This document shows, piece after piece, positions 19,202 to 29,681 of a stretch of 64,000 nt of DNA (its first letter is position 1; each line of letters opens with the position of its first letter). This DNA comes from a plasmid. The stretch is taken from the sequence record NZ_CP023526.1; one strand, written 5' to 3'. The translations under genes were made by a program, and so were the position numbers. The notes below the pieces were generated by a model. That model was given only the letters and a program-made list of their open reading frames with translations, had not been told where the DNA came from and made no database searches.

Positions 19202-19449
19202 TCAAGACTGAGATCGGCAAACATCTGTTTGAGACGACGATTTTCGTCCTCGAGATCTTTCATCTTTTTGATATCAGAGGCTTCCATACCGCCAAACTTC
19301 GCTTTCCAGTTGTAATAACTGGCTTCTGAGATACCGGCTTCACGGCAGACATCTTTGACGGTCCGGCCAGCTTCGACGGACTTTAGCACGGCGATGATTT
19401 GGTGTTCGGTGAATCGGGCTTTACGCATGGCGATCTCCTCAGGGGACAT
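19162..19449 (-). CDS. IS3-family transposase OrfA (HTH)
   Basis: 'RTVKDVCREAGISEASYYNWKAKF' HTH followed by a leucine-zipper 'DLEDENRRLKQMFADLSLE'. Confidence 0.85.
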   Translation of the reverse strand: MSPEEIAMRKARFTEHQIIAVLKSVEAGRTVKDVCREAGISEASYYNWKAKFGGMEASDIKKMKDLEDENRRLKQMFADLSLECRALKDVIEKKL

Positions 19450-19863
19450 AATCAGTATGTCGGAAGATCTCTAAAAGTGAATGGTTCGGTTTGCCGGGAT
19501 GCTTACACCCTATCGCCCTCTTCGGCTCAACGGCAGGCGGGTCCGTCAACACAATTACGCTAACCGGCAAGCTCCGCCCAATCGCCAGCTGCGGCGTTTC
19601 GGGTCTCACTGCTGGGGTCTGATAGCAACATCCATTCCCGGCATCTGACTCGCGCTAGCGCGCTCACAGTCCACCAAAATCGGCAGCCACTAAGGGCCGG
19701 CTTAAATGCTGCCGTCCGGAGTCGTGCCCTGTTCATTACCTGCTGTCCTGATTCTTTCTTTTCAGCCTATCCACCGTGCGAAATCTGCCACAGAGGTGGT
19801 ATCACAATAGGGGCGACAGGCTAAACGACTACACCCGATCACTGAATCTGAACGATATGTGTA

Positions 19864-19886
19864 ATAACCGCCCGTGGGCGGTTATT
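19864..19886. terminator. hairpin AATAACCGCCCGTGGGCGGTTATT, probable terminator for the Lamassu-like operon
   Basis: Perfect 10-bp stem, about 100 nt downstream of the stop at 19987 on the minus strand. Confidence 0.5.
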
Positions 19887-19986
19887 AGAGTGAGCAGGAA
19901 AGCGGGGTCCCAGCAAGCGTGAGGCAGGAAGTTTGGCTTTATAAAGTTTATCCGCGCAGCGAAGAAGGGTCTCCCCAAATAGAGGC

Positions 19987-21999
19987 TCAATCATCCTGAG
20001 TTATCAACCCCTCACCCCGTGAACGCCAGGTAGCCCTTACATAGTCCTGAAAATGATAACCCTCTCCTAAAATAAGATTATCTGCGTGGTCAGAGACTAT
20101 CACCTGCGGGGTCACTCCAGTTTCTTCTCCTGTTTTTTCACAGAATTTTGCCAGTTGGATAAACATATTCGTTACCGCTTTCATGTCGTCATCCAGAATG
20201 TTTTCACGCCGGTTTTGTCTTGCAAGCTCTTTTGGCCTGAACTCATCCGCATCGTCCAGTGCCGCGGGGAAATAAACCTGCGTCGGTTGGTCTAAAAACA
20301 GAATTGGTGGGATTTTACATCCTCTTTTGGAATGCGCCGCAAACTGATAATGTAAAGCCATGAAGAGCGCCAGATGCGAGTAAAGCCAGTTGGCTCCACT
20401 TCCCATCGCGCGCAGATAAACACGATTTTTGGGATCCTGTTGATACCATAAATCGAACGTCTCAGTATCAAAACGGAGAGCCGAGGGCTTGTAGGTCTCT
20501 TCAAAATCGAAGAGATCACCATACTCACACATTTTGTCATTAATGCTGATTGAGAGCTCATGCAAACTACGTTCGACCTTAAATGCTTCCAGATGGCCTG
20601 AAAGCCGGATGATCTCAGCGCGCCAGTAGGCTTCCAGTTCGTCGAGATCTGTTACCGGTCTGTCCAGTTGCTCCTGGATCGCCAGCTCAAGCCGAATTTT
20701 AGCTTTTATTGCTTGTTCGTTTATCGAACCGCCGGCTTGGAGCCTGTGAAACTCTTCATCAAATGGCTCAATACTCTCCTGAATCAGGGAAAGGGAATCA
20801 TTGAGGTCATCCAGCTCCTCCTCTAACTTCCGGCGTTCTCCTTCAAAGCTCTCACGCGCATACGTAGAGAATGCAAGCTCATCGTTCAACCATGTTATTG
20901 CCTCCGTAAGCTTGTTGACCTCTACGACGGGTAAAGAGTTTTCTGCTTTACACATCGGGCAATAGGCGTGAGACAACGTCGCGGAGTCGGGCAGATGGCT
21001 CTTGGACATACCTTGCGTGAATTGCATTGCAGAAGCTCTGGAATCTTTGATTAGCCTCAACTGACCCTGAACTTTCCGTTTTTTTCCCAGCACTTCAGCT
21101 CGCTCTTTCTCAAGCTTGTCTCTTTGCACTTCGATCTGATCAGAGAGGACATTCACGCTGACTGTGCTCCTGGAAATTTGTTCAAGCCACATGGCCGGAT
21201 GGGCGTAGATGGCTTCACCCTGACCATCAATAAGTGGCTTACCCGTGAGGCTCAAATACTCTTTAAGGTAACGGTTATAGCGGTCGGTCAGTAAAGCTTT
21301 TCGTTGAGCCTGCTGTGGGATCTGACGCTGTACTCTGCCCAGTTCAAATTTAGCGAGCTCAAATTCTTTATGGAGATCAAAATAATCTTCATTCACCAGA
21401 CCCATCAGGATCTTGAAGTGCTTGATAGCCTGATCTCGTTTTTCCTTTTCGTCAAAGCGGTAAAAGATTGCGTGCTTATTAGCAATCAGATTCTGGTGCT
21501 GTAGCATAAATGAAGAAAAACTGCGCACGGTGGGAGTTGGGGATTTGTGTCGACCTGACGACAGCTTAAAGGGGGTCTCATCGACATTTCCCATGATTAC
21601 GCCAAAATGCCGGCCCAGACTTTTTTTGAACGCGCTCAGAGGCATGTCCTGTTCAGAACCGAATAACGCGGCGGGGTCTTCTATAAGCGCTGACAGATGG
21701 TCGGGATCGACACCCGGGACATCAATCAAAAAGCATCGATCAGATTTCTTTTTTCTCGCGGCGATAACTGCATAGCGTGTGAACTGAAGCGCAATAAAAA
21801 ACGTCTCTGCGCGTTCGGTGATAATCCCAATAGGTATCGTGTCTTCAGAACTACCCATGCAGTAATCGAAAATTTCGAGTAACGCGCTCTTTCCTGTTGA
21901 AGACTTGCCTGTAATGACATTCAGTCCAGGTTTGAGACTCACTTTATGAATCTTATTTCGCGTATCTGCTACACCGATATATTTTACGAAGCATGTCAT
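19987..21999 (-). CDS. SMC-like ABC ATPase (Rad50/SbcC fold), LmuB/DdmC-like
   Basis: 670 aa. N-terminal Walker A 'NVITGKSSTGKSALLE', a long central coiled-coil and a C-terminal Walker B/D-loop 'PILFLDQPTQVYFP'. Confidence 0.8.
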   Translation of the reverse strand: MTCFVKYIGVADTRNKIHKVSLKPGLNVITGKSSTGKSALLEIFDYCMGSSEDTIPIGIITERAETFFIALQFTRYAVIAARKKKSDRCFLIDVPGVDPDHLSALIEDPAALFGSEQDMPLSAFKKSLGRHFGVIMGNVDETPFKLSSGRHKSPTPTVRSFSSFMLQHQNLIANKHAIFYRFDEKEKRDQAIKHFKILMGLVNEDYFDLHKEFELAKFELGRVQRQIPQQAQRKALLTDRYNRYLKEYLSLTGKPLIDGQGEAIYAHPAMWLEQISRSTVSVNVLSDQIEVQRDKLEKERAEVLGKKRKVQGQLRLIKDSRASAMQFTQGMSKSHLPDSATLSHAYCPMCKAENSLPVVEVNKLTEAITWLNDELAFSTYARESFEGERRKLEEELDDLNDSLSLIQESIEPFDEEFHRLQAGGSINEQAIKAKIRLELAIQEQLDRPVTDLDELEAYWRAEIIRLSGHLEAFKVERSLHELSISINDKMCEYGDLFDFEETYKPSALRFDTETFDLWYQQDPKNRVYLRAMGSGANWLYSHLALFMALHYQFAAHSKRGCKIPPILFLDQPTQVYFPAALDDADEFRPKELARQNRRENILDDDMKAVTNMFIQLAKFCEKTGEETGVTPQVIVSDHADNLILGEGYHFQDYVRATWRSRGEGLITQDD

Positions 22000-22463
22000 A
22001 ATGATTTGAATCCTAACGTCCTGTAAATGGTAACGATATCCACTTCGGCGAACAAAATCGCCAGGCGGCTAGCAGCGGTTAAATGCACCGGATTAGCACC
22101 GCCTGTATCGACGGCGCGCAGAGATTTGACGGAAAGACTGTCAGTGATTTCGATACTTTCTGCCGTCTGGAGAAAAAGCAACGAGGCATGTGTGAGGGAT
22201 TTATTTTGCTGCACCAGGTGCGTCAAACCCAGCAGTCGCGACTGCTGGGAGCACATTGTTCTCAGACTGCTGGATCCCTTAGCATGAATCAGAAAAGTCT
22301 GCATAGGAGGAGACAGCAGCATTGGGAGTACGAGATAACTCAGCAGCAGGTCTCGCTCACGTGAGGCATATTTTTCATAAAATTGGTGAAGACAGGGTGC
22401 AAGCAAAATAGGGGATCGCTGAAGCGTAAAGAGATGATTGATGGCCTTCGGTTTCATTCCCAC
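21996..22463 (-). CDS. small middle component (LmuC/DdmB-like) of the three-gene ATPase operon
   Basis: 155-aa ORF. Its stop overlaps the ATPase start (ATGA), and its start overlaps the upstream gene's stop. Confidence 0.6.
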   Translation of the reverse strand: MGMKPKAINHLFTLQRSPILLAPCLHQFYEKYASRERDLLLSYLVLPMLLSPPMQTFLIHAKGSSSLRTMCSQQSRLLGLTHLVQQNKSLTHASLLFLQTAESIEITDSLSVKSLRAVDTGGANPVHLTAASRLAILFAEVDIVTIYRTLGFKSL

Positions 22464-23788
22464 AGCCTCCAGTGGAACTCTACGTCGCTATCCTCTGGTT
22501 CTTCATCGGCAAGCAGGTGATAAATTCCATTCCGGAAAGTAGCGGGTGTTGAATTGTAACGGCTAAATACAGTAACGGCTTCACCCTGACGTTCGTAATA
22601 AAAAGCAAGGGACTCGTCCTTTAAGTCTTCCATCGAGGACTTTTTAAATTTAATCATGGCGCTCTTCCTTTTACTGAGATGGCGCCTTAGCTCACTGTCC
22701 CAGTATTCATCAACTTCCCGCTGTGAGGTGTCGAAATTCTCAATTAGCTCATAGAGATATTTTTCTGCATGTAAAATGTCTCCCGCAGCCAGAACGACAT
22801 CTCGCTCAGTGCCCCCAATTTCAGTCAGTTTTTGTACATAACGCTCATTGCTGACGTTCATTTTTGTGGCTTTGTCTTTGATTGCATTACTATCGATAAT
22901 CGGAAACACTACCGTGCCATGCATGTAACGGCGGGTCAGCTCAGCAAATTTTTTATCAAACTCCCCGACCTTAAATTTCCACCCTTCCGTAATCTTGATT
23001 GCATCTGTCATAAAACCAAACATATCGTTCAGAAAATCATTTTGTTTATTTGAAAGGATGCCCTTGAGGTAACGTTTCTTATATCTAGCTATCCGATCGT
23101 TCAGGCCTGGCTGCTCAGTCCAGATCCTGATTTTAGGCAGCAACTCAAGCAACAAATCACGCTTCTTCTCATCCATAATGGTACGTTGCTGGCGAACGGT
23201 TTTTGACGGCTCAGCAGGACGGGAGGCTTCTTTCTCGGCTGGCGGACGCTCATCTTTATTTTCTTCTTTACGCCTCTGTGCCTCAGTGAAACGGGCTTCT
23301 GAGCTTTTATGAATATCCGTCAGCACTTTCAGTCGATCATTGGCGGATAATTCATTCCAGCCATCAAAGGCGGTTCTTTCACTGTAAGGCTGCGTGGTCA
23401 GAAGGATAAGGTCCACGAACTGGGTATGATCAAAGTCCGGGTCAAGCCAGTTGTTAAGCGTATTCCAGAAGTTTTCATGTGAATCGGTCAATTCATCCGC
23501 GTAATTTTTGACTTCTGTCTGTGACTTGCCAGGGATCGAAACATCTCCAAGCACTTCAATCCATAGCTCATCCCCATCCTCGAGGGCGTGGCAATGCTCG
23601 ATGGCTACGTGGATCTGGTATACCATGGATTCAAAAAGTTTTGTCGCATCAACTTTTAGTTTTTTTGTCACACTTCTACCCCGGGTTGAATCCACTAACT
23701 TCAGAAAATTTCCGCGTTTTCTTAACATTGCCGGTGAGTTCTCTAATGGAGAAAATATCTGAGGCGAGTTATCTGATGCGGAAAACAC
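22454..23788 (-). CDS. predicted effector (LmuA/DdmA-like) with an N-terminal nuclease-like domain; GTG start
   Basis: 444 aa. The N-terminal '...HVAIEHCHALEDGDELWIEVLGDVSIPGKSQTEVK' could be a PD-(D/E)xK-type nuclease core (not confirmed). The rest is helical with a charged linker. Confidence 0.6.
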   Translation of the reverse strand: MFSASDNSPQIFSPLENSPAMLRKRGNFLKLVDSTRGRSVTKKLKVDATKLFESMVYQIHVAIEHCHALEDGDELWIEVLGDVSIPGKSQTEVKNYADELTDSHENFWNTLNNWLDPDFDHTQFVDLILLTTQPYSERTAFDGWNELSANDRLKVLTDIHKSSEARFTEAQRRKEENKDERPPAEKEASRPAEPSKTVRQQRTIMDEKKRDLLLELLPKIRIWTEQPGLNDRIARYKKRYLKGILSNKQNDFLNDMFGFMTDAIKITEGWKFKVGEFDKKFAELTRRYMHGTVVFPIIDSNAIKDKATKMNVSNERYVQKLTEIGGTERDVVLAAGDILHAEKYLYELIENFDTSQREVDEYWDSELRRHLSKRKSAMIKFKKSSMEDLKDESLAFYYERQGEAVTVFSRYNSTPATFRNGIYHLLADEEPEDSDVEFHWRLWE

Positions 23789-24063
23789 ACATCAATAAAT
23801 GAGCCCCATTCCAGCGCCTCAACTATTTGCTTTTTGAGACAATGCCGCATTGATTTTTAAATAATGAAGTTTTTTTGTAAACAAAAATAGCCATGTCGGA
23901 TTAATCAAACTGCAAGAAAAATCATTTAACATATTTAAATCAATAACATAAAGAATACTAACAGCAGGATACCAACTTCCGCTCTTGGCACCGAAGAACA
24001 ATAGAGAGAACCAAAACACATTGAAAACAAAATTAGCCCACTGATTAGCAGGCCTGAAGGTAA

Positions 24064-24357
24064 CTAATTGTTGAACATATAGCTGCAGGATTTAACTGCT
24101 TCACCATCTGTATTCATGACATCAACTGGTACCCGCTCATATTCTGCTCCCTCAAAATCATCCAGCACAATGCCTGGAAAGCCCATTTCTGCTCCCCAAT
24201 CTTTATTCAGAAGAGAGCCCACGACATGCCCCTCCTGCCATGTTCCACCAGTGTATTCAATAATATGTGCATTAGGACGACCAGGCCCTAGCGTGCCGTA
24301 AACTGGACTGCCCCACAGCCGTAGACATATCCAGTCCTCACGACGAGGCCTGTTCAA
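24064..24357 (-). CDS. hypothetical protein
   Basis: 97-aa ORF, no motif. Confidence 0.35.
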   Translation of the reverse strand: MNRPRREDWICLRLWGSPVYGTLGPGRPNAHIIEYTGGTWQEGHVVGSLLNKDWGAEMGFPGIVLDDFEGAEYERVPVDVMNTDGEAVKSCSYMFNN

Positions 24358-24939
24358 AGACCTCCGAACTTAATCCGTCGCATCCATACAGTTGGCATGC
24401 GGGGAATTAACGACGAAAAATACCGCCCTGGTGAATTTCGCGATACCGATGATGTGGTGAACGCCGACTATGGCGGCAACATCGTTCATCAGCTACCAGA
24501 CACTGCCAGCCTGCAAGAATAGCATGTGATTTAGTGAACGACACAGCACACTACATTCACCCGCTGATAAAGGCCTGTGTTGTTCACTTCATTATCGCCC
24601 ACTAGTCCACCTTCAGAGGCGGTAACGGGCGTATACGTCGTGGGCTGTTTTACTGGCATATGCTGAAATAAGAATATGACGTCTTTAAATACGTATCCAA
24701 CAGCCTGCTACTGCATAACGGCCCGATTAAATACACTCACAATTACCAGCACACGGAAACCGATGATGTTGATCTGACATACTACCTTGAATATCAGATC
24801 AGTATTATCCATCGGGCTACGACACGACTCTTACAGCATGTAAACGATCTGGTTTCCCACGTAGCCCGAACTGACCATTTTTGTATAAATCAGGAGCTTA
24901 TAGCAGCTGGGTGGACGGTAAGTCACGCTCCTGAAAATC

Positions 24940-25111
24940 ATTCGAGCGGAGCCTGATAAAAAATATTCGACAGCCCGTGATACGGAGGTCTAGGCGTATC
25001 AGGTAAGACTGCACGTAATGATCTGCGAACACTTGCGCGTGAAAATCTCTTAACTGAGATACCAGAGAATGACCAGAATACGATTTATAAGATATCCAGA
25101 GAACAGCGTTA
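24940..25111 (+). pseudogene. remnant C-terminus of a Fic/DOC-family-like protein (winged helix), surrounded by frameshifted fragments
   Basis: 'YGGLGVSGKTARNDLRTLARENLLTEIPENDQNTIYKISREQR*' resembles the C-terminal wHTH of Fic-family proteins. The 24360-24980 region is coding-like but has stops in all frames. Confidence 0.3.
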
Positions 25112-25216
25112 AGCTCTGGAACAAAAACTATCTCTGATCAATCATTACCATTCCATGGTAATTGATGCTGCTGGTTTCACATCCGCACCTGTCATTACCT
25201 GTCAATTAAGCACAAT

Positions 25217-26497
25217 TCAACGCAAATGTGCGATCGTTTCAGGACTATCTTCAAAAATAAACGGATTGAGGAACACTCGGCCCCACAAGAAGTTGCGATC
25301 CACTTCGCTCAGTGACGCCTCACGACATACTTCTGCCCAGTTTTCGTGGACCGTACGGATGCTGTGTGTGATAATTTCAATCGCTTCCTGCTCACTCAGC
25401 AGAAATTTAGCCGCCGCCGACAGACAAACTGCAAGATTGCTCTTTCGGTTTTCACCAATAATCAGCATTGCCTGCGTCGCTTCATTACCAGAACGCCCCT
25501 GGGGACAAATATCATAGGCCGGTGTCAGACTCAGTTTGTTGCCATCCCAAAATGCGGCATGATTTCTGGCGTGATCGTCAGTGTTACCACTAATAATATT
25601 AAAAACCAGACGCCCGAATAGTTCACGTAACGTCTCTTTAGGTGCATCAAAGCGCTGGCGAATAATATCCGTCAAATCCTCATAACTCGCATATCTTGCC
25701 ATCATCTCATCAAGACCAAAAATGGTCAGCGCAGAGACCATCAGGCGACGCTGCCAGCCTGTATGGCTTCGTATACGGTCAAAGCGTTCAATCAGTATGA
25801 CGTCTTTACCCGCGGTATGTCGGAGAAGAACAGGTGCAACATTTAATCCAGCACAGGCAGCCAGTCGCATAGCGATATATTCAGCTTTAACAACATTATA
25901 AGTATCTGTGGAAGAAGAAAACTTTGCGATAAATTTATGAGCCCCGGACTCTATCATTGCCTTTGGCCGCGCACCGCCTAATGAACTACCGTGAAAAAGC
26001 GCTTGTTCCAGTTCCGGAGTTAACGGTACTCCACTTTCAACCATTGATGCAGCCTGCATCAACTCTTCAAGAGATGCACTTTGGGACGCACGCGGCACAT
26101 ACTCCGTTGCGGAGCGCTGGAAGTCGAGTCCTCCAATCCTCTCTGAGCCAGATTCAAGCAAATATGTCAGTTCATCCAGTCTGTCAGGATCAGCGTCCCT
26201 GCCCTGAGCTCCCATCAGCCGGTTCAGAATGACTCGACGCCCCCAGGCATCCGGGGCAGCATCACGTAATGCACTCGCCTGCTGTAGACCTGGTGCGGGC
26301 AAAATCGCACCCCGAACCAACGGGAGTTCTGGCTCATAGACAGGGATCGCATCTTCCCGTTCCAGGTAACTGCGCCCGTAGTTGAAAATAAATCTGTTGT
26401 CATCACGAGTTAACACACCTGCGACAATCGGTTGAGTTGCCCCAGGCAACCAGATCCATACGTATGCCAGACCGGGGCTGTTATCAGAAGTCATCAT
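25217..26497 (-). CDS. hipA: HipA-family serine/threonine kinase toxin
   Basis: 426 aa. 'ISGNTDDHARNHAAFW' matches the HipA catalytic loop D-x-H-x-K/R-N. The N-terminal region also resembles E. coli HipA. It overlaps hipB by 14 bp. Confidence 0.8.
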   Translation of the reverse strand: MMTSDNSPGLAYVWIWLPGATQPIVAGVLTRDDNRFIFNYGRSYLEREDAIPVYEPELPLVRGAILPAPGLQQASALRDAAPDAWGRRVILNRLMGAQGRDADPDRLDELTYLLESGSERIGGLDFQRSATEYVPRASQSASLEELMQAASMVESGVPLTPELEQALFHGSSLGGARPKAMIESGAHKFIAKFSSSTDTYNVVKAEYIAMRLAACAGLNVAPVLLRHTAGKDVILIERFDRIRSHTGWQRRLMVSALTIFGLDEMMARYASYEDLTDIIRQRFDAPKETLRELFGRLVFNIISGNTDDHARNHAAFWDGNKLSLTPAYDICPQGRSGNEATQAMLIIGENRKSNLAVCLSAAAKFLLSEQEAIEIITHSIRTVHENWAEVCREASLSEVDRNFLWGRVFLNPFIFEDSPETIAHLR

Positions 26498-26852
26498 TTA
26501 TCACCTTCTTAGAGTGATACACTGAGCGTGGCATCAGCGATAAAGTTTTCTCTGCATTTACGGTATGTAACGTCATCGATGCCTGATCGGGCGTAAAAAG
26601 TGAAACACCAACTATGGTAGCCAGTTCAAATACCGCGCCAATTGCACACCCCATGTCCCCTTCTTCCGCACGATAAACGAGTCCACGCGATACCCCGGCA
26701 CGTTCAGCCAGCTCTTCAACGGTCAGTTTACGTTCAATACGCGCTGTACGAATCATCAGCCCCAGTAGTCGTGCAGCATCTCGGCTATAACGAGAGTAGG
26801 TTCGAGTAGAGGGTTTTGCCATTACAATCTCACTGTTCCATAAATAGAGCAT
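26484..26852 (-). CDS. hipB: HipB-like XRE-HTH antitoxin (alternative ATG at 26822)
   Basis: 'LLGLMIRTARIERKLTVEELAERAGVSRGLVYRAEEG' HTH, immediately upstream of and overlapping hipA. Confidence 0.65.
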   Translation of the reverse strand: MLYLWNSEIVMAKPSTRTYSRYSRDAARLLGLMIRTARIERKLTVEELAERAGVSRGLVYRAEEGDMGCAIGAVFELATIVGVSLFTPDQASMTLHTVNAEKTLSLMPRSVYHSKKVINDDF

Positions 26853-27334
26853 TTCATATAAGTATATACTTTTTATAGAACAAAAAAATTATTTTCTTCA
26901 ATGGTTCACTCAATTTGTTCCATAAAAAGATTCTTTCATTATTCTACGCTCTATTAATGGAACATGAAAATCTCGCGTTCTTGATACCCACCATTGAGTA
27001 TTACAACTGGCATGAGGGCGTCTGGTCTTACTAAGAGCTGAACAAATACGCTCCCCGGCGTGCTCCAGAAAAAATGACAGTAGTAGAGACACGGTTGAAG
27101 AGGTTGCTGGCTTTGACACTGATTCAAAACCCTGCTCCATTCAGAAACAGAATTCCGGCATGCTCTCCCCTGCACAGAAGTACTGCCAACAAAAACGGGA
27201 TACCTCACCGAAGAGACTCATTGTCGATGTCCTCAAGCAGTCTGAGAGGGGAACTTCAGACTTCAGGAGGACAGGTGGTAGTTGGGGTTCTATTAAAAGA
27301 CAATCTGATCCCACATTCCCTTCTCTACAAGAAA

Positions 27335-28105
27335 TTATTTTGACTCTTCGATGCTGAAGGTATTCAAAACGCTAAGGACGTCCTGCGTGCACCACGACAG
27401 GTCTTCCTTGCTAAGAATGTCATCCACAACGTCCTCTTTGAACGGGATCACAAGCAAGAACGACGCTGGTTTTTCAGGGTTGGGGTCAATAAGTTTACCG
27501 CTGCTGACCCAATGTGCTTCCAGTCGGATATTCAGATCTAGCCAGTCAACGCCCTGCCGGTTTCTGTCCTTTTTAAGGGTGTAGAAGAATGCAGACTTTC
27601 CATTTGGCGTTGGATGATTATCCATCAGCATCAAAAGCAGAGGGATCCCCCACTCCGGTAGGTAGCGATAATGCCAGATCCCAAAGCTATCAGCTATTCT
27701 GATCAGACGTATGAACGATTTTTGATCTAGCTTTCCCTTTCCACCCCGCAATGAACGGCAGACGATCCAGGCCTTGCACAAGCTTTCAAACCTCATAAAT
27801 TGAGCACGCCGGGTTCTGGCCAGTTCAGTTGTTGCAGTATTGTCGTTTCCGCCTAACCCGTGAAAACGGCGTGTTGCAGCACTTAATGGGCAAAACTCGC
27901 CATTCTCCGGGGGTGTTGAATGTGAAAATCTGGGGCGATACTCCGGGTTAGGCGTGACCAGTCCACTGTCATGTACAATTCTTTCACACGCGAGGCAGCG
28001 CAATGCAGGGTAGTTATCACGTGAAAACCCTTTCACTTTTTGCCCAAAATCATCAATATGAATTTCAACCCAGCCAGACTTATCCAGAACTTCTGCTTTA
28101 TCCAT
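27335..28105 (-). CDS. hypothetical protein with a Cys/His cluster
   Basis: 256 aa. 'ALRCLACERIVHDSG...FCPLS' is a possible Zn-binding cluster. Confidence 0.45.
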   Translation of the reverse strand: MDKAEVLDKSGWVEIHIDDFGQKVKGFSRDNYPALRCLACERIVHDSGLVTPNPEYRPRFSHSTPPENGEFCPLSAATRRFHGLGGNDNTATTELARTRRAQFMRFESLCKAWIVCRSLRGGKGKLDQKSFIRLIRIADSFGIWHYRYLPEWGIPLLLMLMDNHPTPNGKSAFFYTLKKDRNRQGVDWLDLNIRLEAHWVSSGKLIDPNPEKPASFLLVIPFKEDVVDDILSKEDLSWCTQDVLSVLNTFSIEESK

Positions 28106-29681
28106 AATTCATGTCCTTATATCAGATCGATATCATACAAACATACCCGACTAAACGCGGAGAGCGTCGCCAGAGTCAGTTAACCGACAGCCCGTTGTTA
28201 GTACACCGTACCAAATCACTATTCCTGAAAATTTGACAAAGAAGCAAATCCGCGCTGCATGCCCCCTTCCCCGCTATAGGTAGCTTGATCTGCTGGGAAG
28301 CGCCCAATTATAGGCTCAAAAGCGAGAGCACTATGGTTCGTCAGGATAATTTCAGACGACAACAGATCATGTAATCTGGCAGGGAATATTGCTGGCTGAT
28401 GCAGCTGACCGGAATAGAGATGCACGTCCAGACCTGTTCAGATTTCTGGAGTGCGTGTGCGTTACACAGCAGTGTGGGCCTTTGTATTCACCCGGTAGCA
28501 TCCTGCTCTTATTTATTGGGGCCAGGACCTCTTGTACATCGCCACCTTCATGAGACTCCTCAGTGAAATGTGTTCTGGTGTGCAGTAGATCCTTTTTGAC
28601 CTCGTGTCATCCCCGTTAGTAGATGTCGCAACCGCATGCCAGGACACAGGCCGTTGCGGTCACTCAAAACAGAGCCTGCACAGCACATCGCCCCGTTGGC
28701 CTTGGACATATTACCTTCTGCCGTAATGACAAAAGATTTGCCCGGCATGTTGCCAGTGACTGCCACTTCTTTATGACAGCCTGGTGACACAAGCCCGTAA
28801 ACACCACCAACGGCAGACCTGGCAAAACACGTATTATTATTTCCGCCCATCAGAGAGAAAAGTCTGATTATTGCGGCATTACAGAGATGGAAATTATCAT
28901 TTAGCCCCTGGACATGGGATAGTCTGGAGCCGTATTTGGTATGTCACGCAAAAGCCGTCGATGGTCCCTGATTTATCGATGGCAGCCGGGTCCTGATTGT
29001 TGTTGCGAAAAATAAAGCAATAACATGAGACGTAGCGCCAGCTCGGATTTGCACAAGAAATACCACCACAGGCCGTGTGCTGGCGATAGCCAAATGTGGG
29101 CACCATCACACCACGACGATCGCACAGTTGGTATCTGTAAAATTAGCGTCCTGTCGAGAAAAGTGCTGGTAAAACATCACGCTTGTCAGCTGCAGCTGAC
29201 AAGCGATGAGGCACAGGTCTACATCCTGAGTGTTACCCTTTCGGCCATGGTGGGCACACGGGGTACATTGTGGCAGAGAGCAGAGGGTTTCAGGACGTCT
29301 CTCGTGTCTGTTATCCTCCGCAGGAATGCAGTCCGCAGTTCTGAGGCATGCGAACAGAGAACATCCACTGCAGTGAGTACGTTATGCTTTTCGGGAAAAT
29401 GAACCCTCTGGATGTCAGATGTGCACCTTCCCCGTCAGAAGAAGGGCCAGAAATTTATGCAGTCTCAAACAAATGAGTCGGATACCAGCCGCATACACCT
29501 GTGCTTGCCAGCGTTTGAAATCAGGGATGTTTATCACAAGAAAATACTAGTGATGCGTTATCGTTGAAGGGAGGTATGGTGATTATCATCTTTACCATGT
29601 TTTTAATACTAACGTTTTACCATCTGCCGTGATTTATCTTAACGCTGGTAGTGCTGCCCTATTGCAAAACGGAGCCGTCTC

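Larger units (their letters stand above)
18301..19469 (-). mobile_element. IS3-family insertion sequence (IS407 group-like), apparently intact
   Basis: orfA and orfB overlap in the -1 frame across an AAAAAAAG slippery run (19160-19175 on the coding strand). Imperfect terminal inverted repeats: TGTAAGTCTCCC at one end and TGATTATGTCCCC at the other. Boundaries +/- 20 bp. Confidence 0.7.
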
